Part shown: positions 27,717-36,965 of the stretch, one piece after another
Numbering within the stretch: the first letter of the stretch is position 1
Layout: each line of letters opens with the position of its first letter
Source: a virus
Taxonomy: Duplodnaviria > Caudoviricetes
IMG/VR virus record: IMGVR_UViG_3300020112_000604
Location: 1 to 64,000 of that record
Reading direction: 5' to 3' (one strand)
DNA length: 64,000 nucleotides
The notes under the pieces: model-generated
Told to the model about the DNA's origin: nothing
The model's input: the letters and a program-made list of their open reading frames with translations, nothing else
Databases searched by the model: none
Translations under genes and position numbers: made by a program

Positions 27717-30700
27717 CTAGTCCTCCTTAATGTTTTTCATATCACGGTCTTTAAGTTTGTTATCAACCTCGGTTAAGCAATCCTGAAGCAACTTACGCTG
27801 GTTCTTCAGCTGACGCTGTTTTACAGGATCTGTCTCCTTAGCAATTTCCTTTGTTAACTCGTTGATAGCTTTTTCACAATCTGAACGAGTATTCTTGAAT
27901 GCAACCTTGACTCTAGGGTCAAGAACGTTTACTGATGATTTAAGAATCTTTTTAAGTTTGTTAACAACAAATGTTTGCAGTCCGGTACTTAAATCTAAAG
28001 TCCATGCTAATACATCGACAATACGATTAAGTGTAAGTACTGGGTCAGATTCTTCATCTTCAATATACCGCTTAACAAGTTCAGGATTCTTTAACATCTC
28101 ATCCTTAGTGAGTTTCTTGTTAGCAATTTTCTTGTCAGACGCAATTGTATCCTTAGAGAACTCGTCTTTAGTTTTGTTTACAACGTAGTTTGCCGCATCC
28201 TTCGTATCGTCTCCGGCTTTCTTAACTGACGCTATAGCATCGTTAGCAATGTCATCAAATGAAAATTCATCAGATTCGTTTATGCCGTGGAGTTTCTCCC
28301 CATTATTTATATCAGAACGTTTACTTTCGTTCATAGCCCGTTCTGTAAGAATTGTGTCGATGTCTACATATGTCATTGCTTCATCAGCAGCGTCAAGCTT
28401 TGGAAGTTTATCAGGCTTTGTATTGTGAACCATAGACATATTATAAACCAAACGATTTCTCTGTCTCTGAAGTTCACGCTGAGTCTTCATTACATTACGA
28501 ATAGCTTCCATATCTCCTTTTTCTTCGAAATGCTTAAGATAACGGTTACACATATTCAGTTCGATATCGATATCGTCAATGATTATCTGACGTTCTTTCT
28601 TTCTCATCGACTTATTGATTCCGATATAACCTAACAGCCCGATTACAGAAACAGCAGGATTGATAGCCCATGTAGCACCAGTCATAATCGCTATCTTAAT
28701 ACATGCTGATGCTTTAGGAAGAATGGTTCCCTTGATTACCGCTTCACGGTTTTCCGATTCAAAGGTTCTGTGTATATTATCTCTGATAGTCTCAAGGGAA
28801 GCATCTACTCTCTTTGAGAGCATACGTTCACTATCAGTGAGTTTTACCATGTCTCTCTTAAGAGTATTCATGGCATTTATAACCTTATTACGTGAAGACA
28901 GGGCATTCTTCTTAAATGATTCCTGATATTTCTTTGTCTCTTTAGCAGCATTGATAGTTGCAGCATCTTCATTGAATGAATCTGAACAGAAATCTATCAT
29001 GTCTGATACAACGTCTTTCTTATAACGAGTGTTTTCATAAAGCTCATATCCGTTTTTGAATACTATTCCGAAATCATGTGCTTCGTTTACGGTATCAATA
29101 GCATGAGCCAGAGATGGTATAAGAGCGTATTTCTTTTCTTTAGATAATTCGGCCATAGTTGATTCCATAACTGAAGCAATTTTCTTTGTGTTGATTACAT
29201 CCGGGCATAGTCTGCAGAATTCTGCAATTGCCTCAAAGTCTTCAGCTCGTTCAGACTTTCTGATCTTGCTGTTTACGATAGTAGTGAGATCTGATTTCCA
29301 AACGTAATTCTCACATACATCGCATATACCAAGCATAAGTGTAACAGCTTCTTCAAAGTCGAAATCGAAATCAAATTCGAAATCATCTTCACCGTCGTCA
29401 TACAGCTTGGAATTGTCTTCTTTTTCATGACGTTCGTCGTTCTCCTTTTCGGTATGGAGTTTGCTAAGTTCATCGTCAAGGGTTCCACGAGCCGTAAGAA
29501 GTTTGTCACGATACTTCTTTAAGGATTCCTTAACCTGGTCTGTATCAGCTTTCTTAATTTTCTTATTGACACGTACGATTTCTCTATCATACTTTTCAAT
29601 AGCAACTTTAAGTCCCTTTCTTCCATACTTTGTCTTGAGACAATAGTCTGTTACAAGGGTTATAATGCCGAGTACAGGCTGAGCAAATGACGCCACGATA
29701 ATAAGACCTCTAAGTATACCGAATATATTGGCGAGATTGTCTATGACATCTCCTGGGTGTCCCGCATAGATTCTATACAGGATAGATTTGAATATATTAG
29801 GGTCTTTTATAGGCTGAGCCTTGAACTTTCTGAACTCAGCATCCGGATCGATAGCTCGACCGCTCTCAACAAATACGTCCAATGCTTCACATACAGATGA
29901 GATTTCGTGACCAGTATCTTCGTCTTTCAAGAAAGCAACCATTTTCCGAGTATCTGATTCGGTAAACAGTTTCGCTTCTTCAAGTATGTAAGCCATCTTT
30001 TCGAATACTTCTCCCCTGAGGTCAATATATTCAGTCATAAGGAAGTAATCAGTAATTGTACGAATGAGAGATTCATTCGTAACGTTGACGTTATTCTTAG
30101 CCAGAGAATAGAATATATTCTCCAGAGCTGTGTTGTAACGAGCTTCAAATGGAGCATCGTATGTGTTGACGAATTCACAAAGTAATTCGATAGTATCTTC
30201 GAGGTCATCAGACTCTCTAACGATTTTATCGAAGTTGAATCTCTTGTTCAGATTCTCGTTGTTTATAAGAACACGGTCACACTGTTCGATTTTAAGAGCC
30301 GTTTCAAACAGTTTGTCGTAGCATTCTTCAACGAAGTCATCTGACACCTTTTTAAATCCGCCATATGGCTTAGCATGATAACCATGCTTAGCCTCCCAGG
30401 CTTTAGCCGCTTCCTGGGTATCAGGGATATCCTTATTAGCCGTACGAGTGGCAGTTGTAATCTTCCTATTAGGAGATTTGAACTTACCCTTCTTCATTGA
30501 AATATTAAGCTGAAATTCCTGAGCATTTCTAACCTTGTTAGAAACTTCCTCATTGATAAACGATGTGATGTACGCAATGTGTTCTTCACTATCTTCGTAC
30601 GCAATAGCAGCTTCGAGTATATCAAGTACTCGGCATGCCGCCTCTGTAGTATCTTCGTGAAGCTCTCTCCAGTACCGAAGCACCTGTGCTGCTTCAGTAA

Positions 30701-30821
30701 AGGAATACTCTTTATTGACTATCTTATCGTACAGACGGTAAATTCCGTCTGGTGCGTTAGTCGGTCTCATCTGTTCCAGCTCGTTCTTTCTATGGCTTAT
30801 GTCATGTAACGTTATATTCAT
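27717..30821 (-). CDS. Large (1034 aa) probable internal head / ejection protein
   Basis: Late promoter AACT-TTTATA-TA (30840-30851); multiple xxE(A/S) motifs (VCEA, VNEA, MNES, INES); hydrophobic hairpins followed by coiled coils. Confidence 0.55.
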   Translation of the reverse strand: MNITLHDISHRKNELEQMRPTNAPDGIYRLYDKIVNKEYSFTEAAQVLRYWRELHEDTTEAACRVLDILEAAIAYEDSEEHIAYITSFINEEVSNKVRNAQEFQLNISMKKGKFKSPNRKITTATRTANKDIPDTQEAAKAWEAKHGYHAKPYGGFKKVSDDFVEECYDKLFETALKIEQCDRVLINNENLNKRFNFDKIVRESDDLEDTIELLCEFVNTYDAPFEARYNTALENIFYSLAKNNVNVTNESLIRTITDYFLMTEYIDLRGEVFEKMAYILEEAKLFTESDTRKMVAFLKDEDTGHEISSVCEALDVFVESGRAIDPDAEFRKFKAQPIKDPNIFKSILYRIYAGHPGDVIDNLANIFGILRGLIIVASFAQPVLGIITLVTDYCLKTKYGRKGLKVAIEKYDREIVRVNKKIKKADTDQVKESLKKYRDKLLTARGTLDDELSKLHTEKENDERHEKEDNSKLYDDGEDDFEFDFDFDFEEAVTLMLGICDVCENYVWKSDLTTIVNSKIRKSERAEDFEAIAEFCRLCPDVINTKKIASVMESTMAELSKEKKYALIPSLAHAIDTVNEAHDFGIVFKNGYELYENTRYKKDVVSDMIDFCSDSFNEDAATINAAKETKKYQESFKKNALSSRNKVINAMNTLKRDMVKLTDSERMLSKRVDASLETIRDNIHRTFESENREAVIKGTILPKASACIKIAIMTGATWAINPAVSVIGLLGYIGINKSMRKKERQIIIDDIDIELNMCNRYLKHFEEKGDMEAIRNVMKTQRELQRQRNRLVYNMSMVHNTKPDKLPKLDAADEAMTYVDIDTILTERAMNESKRSDINNGEKLHGINESDEFSFDDIANDAIASVKKAGDDTKDAANYVVNKTKDEFSKDTIASDKKIANKKLTKDEMLKNPELVKRYIEDEESDPVLTLNRIVDVLAWTLDLSTGLQTFVVNKLKKILKSSVNVLDPRVKVAFKNTRSDCEKAINELTKEIAKETDPVKQRQLKNQRKLLQDCLTEVDNKLKDRDMKNIKED

Positions 30822-30850
30822 TATGCCACACCTCCCAGTTATATAAAAGT

Positions 30851-32194
30851 TTAATATTTTCGTGGTAACGGTGGTTCATTCGGCTTGTCGTTTGATTGAC
30901 GGTTAAACTGATACCACATATCATACTTGAATATTCTCTGTTCGTTCATGTATACCATGTCTATATATAGTGCTAATGAATTGATTGAACTCTTTGTAGG
31001 TTTGAATGAAGTAAACTTCATATCGTCCCAGTTTACTACACCCTCAACTTCTCCGAATGAATTGTATATTCTGAGGTCCATGAATGACGCCGGTGAAATT
31101 CCCTTAGCCATATGAGCTTCAATCATATCACGAAGTTCACCTTCAAAGTAGTCTCTGAAGTCTACAACCATTGGATTCTCAAGGTCATCTTCTCTAAGAC
31201 AGTCGAGGTCTCGCACATAGAGTCTCCAGTTCTTTTCGTTAACTTCCGGAATCTTGTACAGTGAATGCTGTGATACATAGAATGTCTCAGCAATTGGGTC
31301 TGCCTTAGCTATCTTAGGATAGTTGTACATACGTTCAGCAGCATGGTACTCGTAGAATCTAGGAGCACCCATTCTGACACTGAAGTTGAAATTGATATTG
31401 TACATATCGTGGAGATGATTGAACGTAGTTCCGTCATCCTTGGTAAGAGATGCTCTCATAATACGGATAATATTCTCAGGCATTCTTACATAGTATTCTG
31501 GACATCTAGATGCCGAACGATACTTGTAGAGTATTGGTGTCATACTCCACTGATTAAGGTACGCAAGGAATTCTAACGGTCTATCTATATCTCCGTCAGC
31601 ATTCAGACCGAATCCAGCATCTTCAGCAATACAGAGAACAAGCATTCTCGGAAGCAGGAAGTCCTGGTCCACATAATGGGTTTCCGGCATACCAATATTA
31701 AATGCTAACTTCATCCAGTCATATAACTGCAGCTGTTGCATTCTAGTATGTACAGTTACTTTAATTTCGAACTGCATCGATAATAACTGTGACTCCATAG
31801 AGATATGACGGTTATTATTAACGTCAGACCAGAAAGCATGGTCTAACGGGTCTTTTCTTAACATGAGTTCTGATCCGTATGCTATATCAGCACCGTCTCT
31901 ATTGAATTCTTCCTCTATGATAGGTGTAATAACCAGAGCAGCTCTGGTCGCATCCAGATGAGACAGAATACGTTTCTTTTCAAGCTGAGCTTCTTTCAAT
32001 ACGTTGGCTTCAGATACATGCTCATACGAAAAGAAGTCTTCAGCAAATTTATCTCTAAACCAGTCTCTTACAAATTCTGTAGCTAAAGAGTACGAATTCG
32101 CAAGACATGCGGTTATGAGGTTCTTAGTAAGCATCCATCTCTTAGGATTCTTAACATTGAAGTCCGATGGATGGAATTCTCTAAAGTCAGCCAT
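30851..32194 (-). CDS. Conserved virion structural protein (possibly neck or tail completion)
   Basis: 447-aa alpha/beta ORF in the structural cluster; role assigned from context only. Confidence 0.45.
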   Translation of the reverse strand: MADFREFHPSDFNVKNPKRWMLTKNLITACLANSYSLATEFVRDWFRDKFAEDFFSYEHVSEANVLKEAQLEKKRILSHLDATRAALVITPIIEEEFNRDGADIAYGSELMLRKDPLDHAFWSDVNNNRHISMESQLLSMQFEIKVTVHTRMQQLQLYDWMKLAFNIGMPETHYVDQDFLLPRMLVLCIAEDAGFGLNADGDIDRPLEFLAYLNQWSMTPILYKYRSASRCPEYYVRMPENIIRIMRASLTKDDGTTFNHLHDMYNINFNFSVRMGAPRFYEYHAAERMYNYPKIAKADPIAETFYVSQHSLYKIPEVNEKNWRLYVRDLDCLREDDLENPMVVDFRDYFEGELRDMIEAHMAKGISPASFMDLRIYNSFGEVEGVVNWDDMKFTSFKPTKSSINSLALYIDMVYMNEQRIFKYDMWYQFNRQSNDKPNEPPLPRKY

Positions 32195-32730
32195 TATTCA
32201 TGCCTCCTAGCTTTTGGATCGAAAGATACTTCGACGGTTGTTTTAATAGAATCATAGTGATCTATCGGAATTGGGTTTACATCACGAATCAACGCTTCAC
32301 GTTCAGGGTCCATCCACTTATGACGATAAAGATGGTCCGCAATTTGTTTATTGTTGTTTATGTAGTATATATAACCCTCACCGATGGTACTGAACGGAGT
32401 ACCGTTGATTCCCTCACATATCATATGAATCGTATCGAATGGTTCTGGCTTTTTCAATTCACCAATTGGAAGCTTCCATTCTTCGTACCCTTTATTATAA
32501 TTGCCTTTAGGTGTTTTAATCCCTCTAGTCACTGCAAATATCTGTGCTATTCTAAAGAATGGCGTCACGAATAGCTCTCCAGTCGATGGAAGTTCTATTT
32601 CGTCACCTAATGCTTTGGTCGTTCCGACATATAGATAAGGGTACTGGCTATACGAGAGCTTTATCTTTTCTGGATGAGCATTCATCTTAGTTATGTCATA
32701 AGCCTCGAATACATTAATGTCAAAATCCAT
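32194..32730 (-). CDS. Hypothetical protein
   Basis: AAAGGAGG SD before ATG 32730 (MDFDINVFEA); TAATG overlap with the next gene. Confidence 0.6.
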   Translation of the reverse strand: MDFDINVFEAYDITKMNAHPEKIKLSYSQYPYLYVGTTKALGDEIELPSTGELFVTPFFRIAQIFAVTRGIKTPKGNYNKGYEEWKLPIGELKKPEPFDTIHMICEGINGTPFSTIGEGYIYYINNNKQIADHLYRHKWMDPEREALIRDVNPIPIDHYDSIKTTVEVSFDPKARRHE

Positions 32731-32788
32731 ATCATTTCCTCCTTTCGACGAAAAAAAAAATAAAGGCACTCCGAAGAGTGCCATTATT

Positions 32789-33040
32789 TTAGATGAGGCT
32801 AAACGCTTCGTCTCCTTCAACAAGAAGATCATAGTAATGACCAAGCTCTGGCATTGTAGGTTCTGTCTTGTCGTTGAGCTCCTCGGCCTCTGTTGCACAC
32901 ATTACATTGAATACGAGATTGCCAATCTGAATATGACCAATGATTCTGACCTCTACATCAAAATCTCCTGGGTCATGATAATTGCCTAATGTACCTACTG
33001 GTATCATATCATCACGTCCTTTCACTGTAATAGTATACAA
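32789..33040 (-). CDS. Small hypothetical protein (83 aa)
   Basis: Fills the gap between neighbours and is followed by a minus-strand terminator (GGCACTC hairpin plus T-run, about 32750-32783); weak SD. Confidence 0.45.
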   Translation of the reverse strand: MYTITVKGRDDMIPVGTLGNYHDPGDFDVEVRIIGHIQIGNLVFNVMCATEAEELNDKTEPTMPELGHYYDLLVEGDEAFSLI

Positions 33041-33052
33041 ATGAAAACCGGA

Positions 33053-33979
33053 TTAGAAGTTGCCGTTTGGACCTACAGCTACAAGTCTCCACTGGAGTCC
33101 GTAGTTTGAATTCGATACTGTCATTGTAAGCTTATTTACTTCAGCACCCTGCAGCATCATAGGGTCTGGTAATGGGTAGTTTGGTACTAACTGGTTAGTG
33201 TTTGTGTCAATTACACCGAAGTACTTTTCATCTGTAGCATCGTTGTAGAATACAACGGTTTCGATGTTTGGAGCATCGCCGATAATCATTCGGTTCTGTT
33301 CTGGTGTAAGAGTTGCTGCGAATGCTGCATATTCGTCCGAGTCATCCATTGTCTGCTGGAACTGATATGCTGGATTGTTATTAGCTAACGCTGCAGTCAT
33401 TGTAATTGGGTTATTAGGAATCTGCTGCTGTGTAGGCATATTGATATAAGCCTGGTAAAGGTCTGCTGTATACTTAGCATCACTTACTGCAGCTTCAGAA
33501 GCCTTCTGTGCCTGTGCTCGCTTCATTTCGAAGTTATGGCAATCTGTGTAGATCTTATTCTTTTCTCTTACGCAGTTAATCTCTGTAGAGAGAAGAGAGT
33601 TGATAGCACCTGCACATTCATTAAGGTGCATGAACTTGTTCTTCATTACCTTATTATTCTTAAGTAAGTCGAACTGAGTCTTGAGGTCGTTTACCATTAC
33701 ATTAGCCTGGGAAGCTATGTAATCGTACTGTTCAAGTGATTCCTTATATGAGTTGATATAAGGTGTGTTTGTTGAGAAGAGGTTGCCTACTGGAGCTGGA
33801 GCAGGCTGCTGTGCCGGGACAATCTCGTCACGGTTCTTAGGTGGTCTACCACGTCTCTTTGGTGCCTGTTCTCCCTCTGCCGGAGCGGCTTCGGTCTTCT
33901 CTTTTGGTACGGCTACGCCACGAGATAATACCTCGTAATCAATGTTAAGGCCGTAAGCTGTTTCTGTTTCTTTACTCAT
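33053..33979 (-). CDS. Hypothetical protein with an AT-hook motif and coiled coil
   Basis: KRRGRPPK; SD AAGGAGG; late promoter at 34019-34030. Confidence 0.65.
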   Translation of the reverse strand: MSKETETAYGLNIDYEVLSRGVAVPKEKTEAAPAEGEQAPKRRGRPPKNRDEIVPAQQPAPAPVGNLFSTNTPYINSYKESLEQYDYIASQANVMVNDLKTQFDLLKNNKVMKNKFMHLNECAGAINSLLSTEINCVREKNKIYTDCHNFEMKRAQAQKASEAAVSDAKYTADLYQAYINMPTQQQIPNNPITMTAALANNNPAYQFQQTMDDSDEYAAFAATLTPEQNRMIIGDAPNIETVVFYNDATDEKYFGVIDTNTNQLVPNYPLPDPMMLQGAEVNKLTMTVSNSNYGLQWRLVAVGPNGNF

Positions 33980-34018
33980 AATGGTTCCTCCTTATATGAA
34001 AAAGTGATGTATTTTTAT

Positions 34019-34043
34019 TATTTTGATGTTTAACATTATAATG
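34019..34043. promoter_or_regulatory. Back-to-back divergent late promoters
   Basis: Minus strand AACA-TCAAAA-TA (34030-34019); plus strand AACA-TTATAA-TG (34032-34043). Confidence 0.6.
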
Positions 34044-34145
34044 AGAGGTAAAACAACACCTCCATCTTTAAATTCTGTTTCTGTTCGCAAATCATCGCCT
34101 CCTAAGTCCCCATCCGGTTCGGCTCGGATGGGGAAATTTCTTTTC
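34043..34145 (+). ncRNA. Candidate small RNA with exposed anti-Shine-Dalgarno sequence
   Basis: Late promoter, 5' hairpin GAGGT/ACCTC, pyrimidine-rich body with CCTCCTAAGT, then terminator TCCCCATCCG/CGGATGGGGA plus a T-rich tail. No plus-strand gene upstream explains the terminator. Confidence 0.5.
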
Positions 34146-34157
34146 TACACAACCCGA

Positions 34158-34169
34158 AACTTTGAAGTA
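34158..34169 (+). promoter_or_regulatory. Late/middle promoter of the DNA polymerase gene
   Basis: AACT-TTGAAG-TA. Confidence 0.6.
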
Positions 34170-34205
34170 ACCGTAAAGGGTTTAAGAGTGAAAGGAGCAT
34201 GTTTT

Positions 34206-36227
34206 ATGGACAATATTATTACAGGATATAGTAAAGGTGCTAATATAACAATCATGAATACAATCAATCATCCAGGTCATTTTGGTGAAAACAACAAATG
34301 GATCGGGTCTAAGTTAGACCTGATCTATAAAGACTGCGATACAGGTAAAAAGGGTGTTGAACAGATTGATACCCCTATGTATGAGTATTATCTGTTAAAC
34401 GATGAAGCATATCACGTTGATTACAATCGTGACTTCATTGAGAGGGAAAACGTTCATCCAGTTATATGCGAACATCAGAAACTCAAGTATGATATAGCAG
34501 AGAAGACTGGTAATCTTGAATGGTTCAAACAGAATAAAGCCACAGGTAATGGTAGACTCAACAACAAAATTCATTATCATCCGGATGTATTCATGTCTGA
34601 CATGAATATCTCAGATCATTATCGTTTCCAGTTCAATACAAACTATAAGAATGAAGTATGTCCAATAACAAAGATGTACTTCGATATTGAGTGTGATACT
34701 ATCAATATTAAGGGTGACTTCCCGGAATTAGGGGAAGCACCGGTTAATGCTATTTCATGTATCATGGATCATACAGTATATGTATTCATTCCTAGAGACT
34801 ATACTATTCCGGGAATGGTTGCATTCGAAAAGGAAGTCAATGAACACAAAGCTGAACTCGAAGCTGAGTTCGTTAAGTTCATTCAGGACTATGTAGGTGG
34901 CAATAGACCAAAAGTTTATCAGAAACGTCTTAAGGCTCTCGATATGGAAGAACTTCATATCAAGTTTGCGTTCTACGATTCAGAGATTCAGTGCATAGCA
35001 GCATTCTTTGCAATGGTAAACAAGTTACAGCCGGACTTCGTCCTTGCGTGGAACATGGGATTCGATACTCCGACTCTGATTGAAAGAATTCGTCAGTGTG
35101 GTTATAAACCAGAAGACATTTGTTGTCATCCAGACTTCAAGAAGAACAGAGTTGCTGAATATGTAATCAAGTATTCAGACATAGCACCGGATGACTATGC
35201 AGAACGCGGAGACTATTGTAATATCAGCGGTTATAGTAACTGGATGTGTCAGCTTATTCAGTTTGCATCTAAGAGAAAGGGACAGCACGCAATCGAAAAC
35301 TATAAGATTGACTACATTGGTCAGTTAATATGTGGTGTACCGAAGCTTGACTATTCTCACATATGTGATTCTATCAAGGATCTTCCGAGAGCAGACTTCA
35401 GAACCTTTATCTTATACAATATTGTGGATACTATAGTTCAGAAGTGTATTGAAGAAAGAGTTAATGATATTGACTTCGTATTTGCGAATACAATAGCATT
35501 CAACACAAGATATTCTAAGGTACACAGACAGACTGTATTTCTTACTAATAAGAGAATCAAGGAATTCATGGCTTCAGGATTCGTTCCGGGTAATAACGTT
35601 AACAAAGAAAACGAAAAGAAAGAATATCCGGGTGGTTTCGTTGCAGACCTTGAACTCATATCACATTATCCTATGGATAAGATCAATGGTGTTCCAGTTA
35701 GACTGTTTAAGAACTTGGTTGACTTTGACTATAAGTCACTTTATCCATCTATCTGGCGTCAGTGGAATATGTGTAAGAATGGTATGATTGGTCAGATGAA
35801 TCTCTTAGAACCATCTAGATGCGGTAATAAGTTCGGGGTTAAGTGTTATGACACTAATATAGCATTTGCTCAGGATATTCATGCGGCAAACTGGATTGAG
35901 TTCGGTTGGAGATGGTTTGACTTACCAGACTTCGAAGAAATGGTTTCAGATTGTGAAGAGTACTTTAAGAATCATAGAACACAGGGTTATATGGCTCTTA
36001 ATCCAGATAATGGAGCAATCAAACTCTTCAGACCAAGAGACACAATAAACAAACCTATCAAACCTTGCAGACATTGGCAGGCTAACGAATTTGCTGATTA
36101 TAAGATTAACGATGTAAAGTGTATAAAGCCATATAGTCTTGATGTGCCTATGGATAAGCTTTATGACACATACTCAGTTAAGTTCTTTGAAGAGCGTTCG
36201 GATGTCGTAGCAATGGCTGAACAGTAA
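34206..36227 (+). CDS. Family B DNA polymerase, N-terminal subunit (3'-5' exonuclease plus motif A) of a split enzyme
   Basis: ExoI YFDIECD, ExoII AWNMGFD, ExoIII YNIVD, YPGGFV and motif A DFDYKSLYPS are present. KxxxNSxYG and DTDS are absent. SD AAAGGAG precedes ATG 34206. Confidence 0.85.
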   Translation: MDNIITGYSKGANITIMNTINHPGHFGENNKWIGSKLDLIYKDCDTGKKGVEQIDTPMYEYYLLNDEAYHVDYNRDFIERENVHPVICEHQKLKYDIAEKTGNLEWFKQNKATGNGRLNNKIHYHPDVFMSDMNISDHYRFQFNTNYKNEVCPITKMYFDIECDTINIKGDFPELGEAPVNAISCIMDHTVYVFIPRDYTIPGMVAFEKEVNEHKAELEAEFVKFIQDYVGGNRPKVYQKRLKALDMEELHIKFAFYDSEIQCIAAFFAMVNKLQPDFVLAWNMGFDTPTLIERIRQCGYKPEDICCHPDFKKNRVAEYVIKYSDIAPDDYAERGDYCNISGYSNWMCQLIQFASKRKGQHAIENYKIDYIGQLICGVPKLDYSHICDSIKDLPRADFRTFILYNIVDTIVQKCIEERVNDIDFVFANTIAFNTRYSKVHRQTVFLTNKRIKEFMASGFVPGNNVNKENEKKEYPGGFVADLELISHYPMDKINGVPVRLFKNLVDFDYKSLYPSIWRQWNMCKNGMIGQMNLLEPSRCGNKFGVKCYDTNIAFAQDIHAANWIEFGWRWFDLPDFEEMVSDCEEYFKNHRTQGYMALNPDNGAIKLFRPRDTINKPIKPCRHWQANEFADYKINDVKCIKPYSLDVPMDKLYDTYSVKFFEERSDVVAMAEQ

Positions 36228-36240
36228 GGAGAAATATATA

Positions 36241-36945
36241 ATGACTATAAGAAGATTATTAGAACACAGCAAGCTTTTAATGGATGTACTTAGAGTAACT
36301 AAGGTTGGTCTGGATTCATTCGTCTTTACGACGGATGAACCGGGCAAAGTATTCGTAATAAATTCAGAGGGTTCAGTTATATATGTGGTATCCATCCCGG
36401 CTAATAGTCAGGGATGGATTCCTAATCGTATGCATATTGCAGGTGCGGTTAAGAACTATAACAAGATTATGTCTGAATTGGAAGATTCTAAGAAAGATGG
36501 AGAATCACCATTCGACAATATCATATTCACAACGTACAATCAGTGGTTATATCCAACCACATTGCATGCACATTGGGTTACATGTCTGGCATGGTTGAAT
36601 TCGTTGAGAGCCAAAATGCCAAGCTTCAGAGATAATATGGTAGTTGAATCCGAAGACATTCTTACTGACCCATATTATGAATTCATATTTACAGATGTCT
36701 TCTCAAAAGGTACAGGTGTTGGTGATATTGTCAAGACTAAGAGTGGACGACCTATCACAGTGTATAAGGGATTGCTTCCATATACATCTAAGGATAAGAT
36801 TAAACTTACTACTGGAGATATAGGTTCAAGAGAGTTCATCACTTGCTATACTATATCTAAGATTAAGCCAACAGCTTCATCTATGAGTGTAGATATGTAC
36901 ACAAGATGTCTTGACATCTTTGCACCTCAACATTTGAGTAACTAA
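36241..36945 (+). CDS. Hypothetical protein co-transcribed with the polymerase subunit
   Basis: SD AAGGAG; 234 aa. Confidence 0.65.
   Translation: MTIRRLLEHSKLLMDVLRVTKVGLDSFVFTTDEPGKVFVINSEGSVIYVVSIPANSQGWIPNRMHIAGAVKNYNKIMSELEDSKKDGESPFDNIIFTTYNQWLYPTTLHAHWVTCLAWLNSLRAKMPSFRDNMVVESEDILTDPYYEFIFTDVFSKGTGVGDIVKTKSGRPITVYKGLLPYTSKDKIKLTTGDIGSREFITCYTISKIKPTASSMSVDMYTRCLDIFAPQHLSN
36929..36940 (+). promoter_or_regulatory. Late promoter of the portal gene
   Basis: AACA-TTTGAG-TA. Confidence 0.7.
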
Positions 36946-36965
36946 ACAGTTAGGAGGTAGCTACT

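Noticed and set aside
13639-34205. Upstream start extensions in the ORF track (13639, 14531, 22194, 32898, 34023; also 44715, 47625, 60796)
   Set aside because: They run through promoters, terminators, leaders or neighbouring genes. Downstream ATGs with well-spaced SDs were used instead.
14591-36227. Group I introns or inteins in the RNAP, helicase or polymerase genes (AR9 RNAP genes contain introns)
   Set aside because: The ORFs are continuous, and no intein termini or homing-endonuclease motifs were seen.
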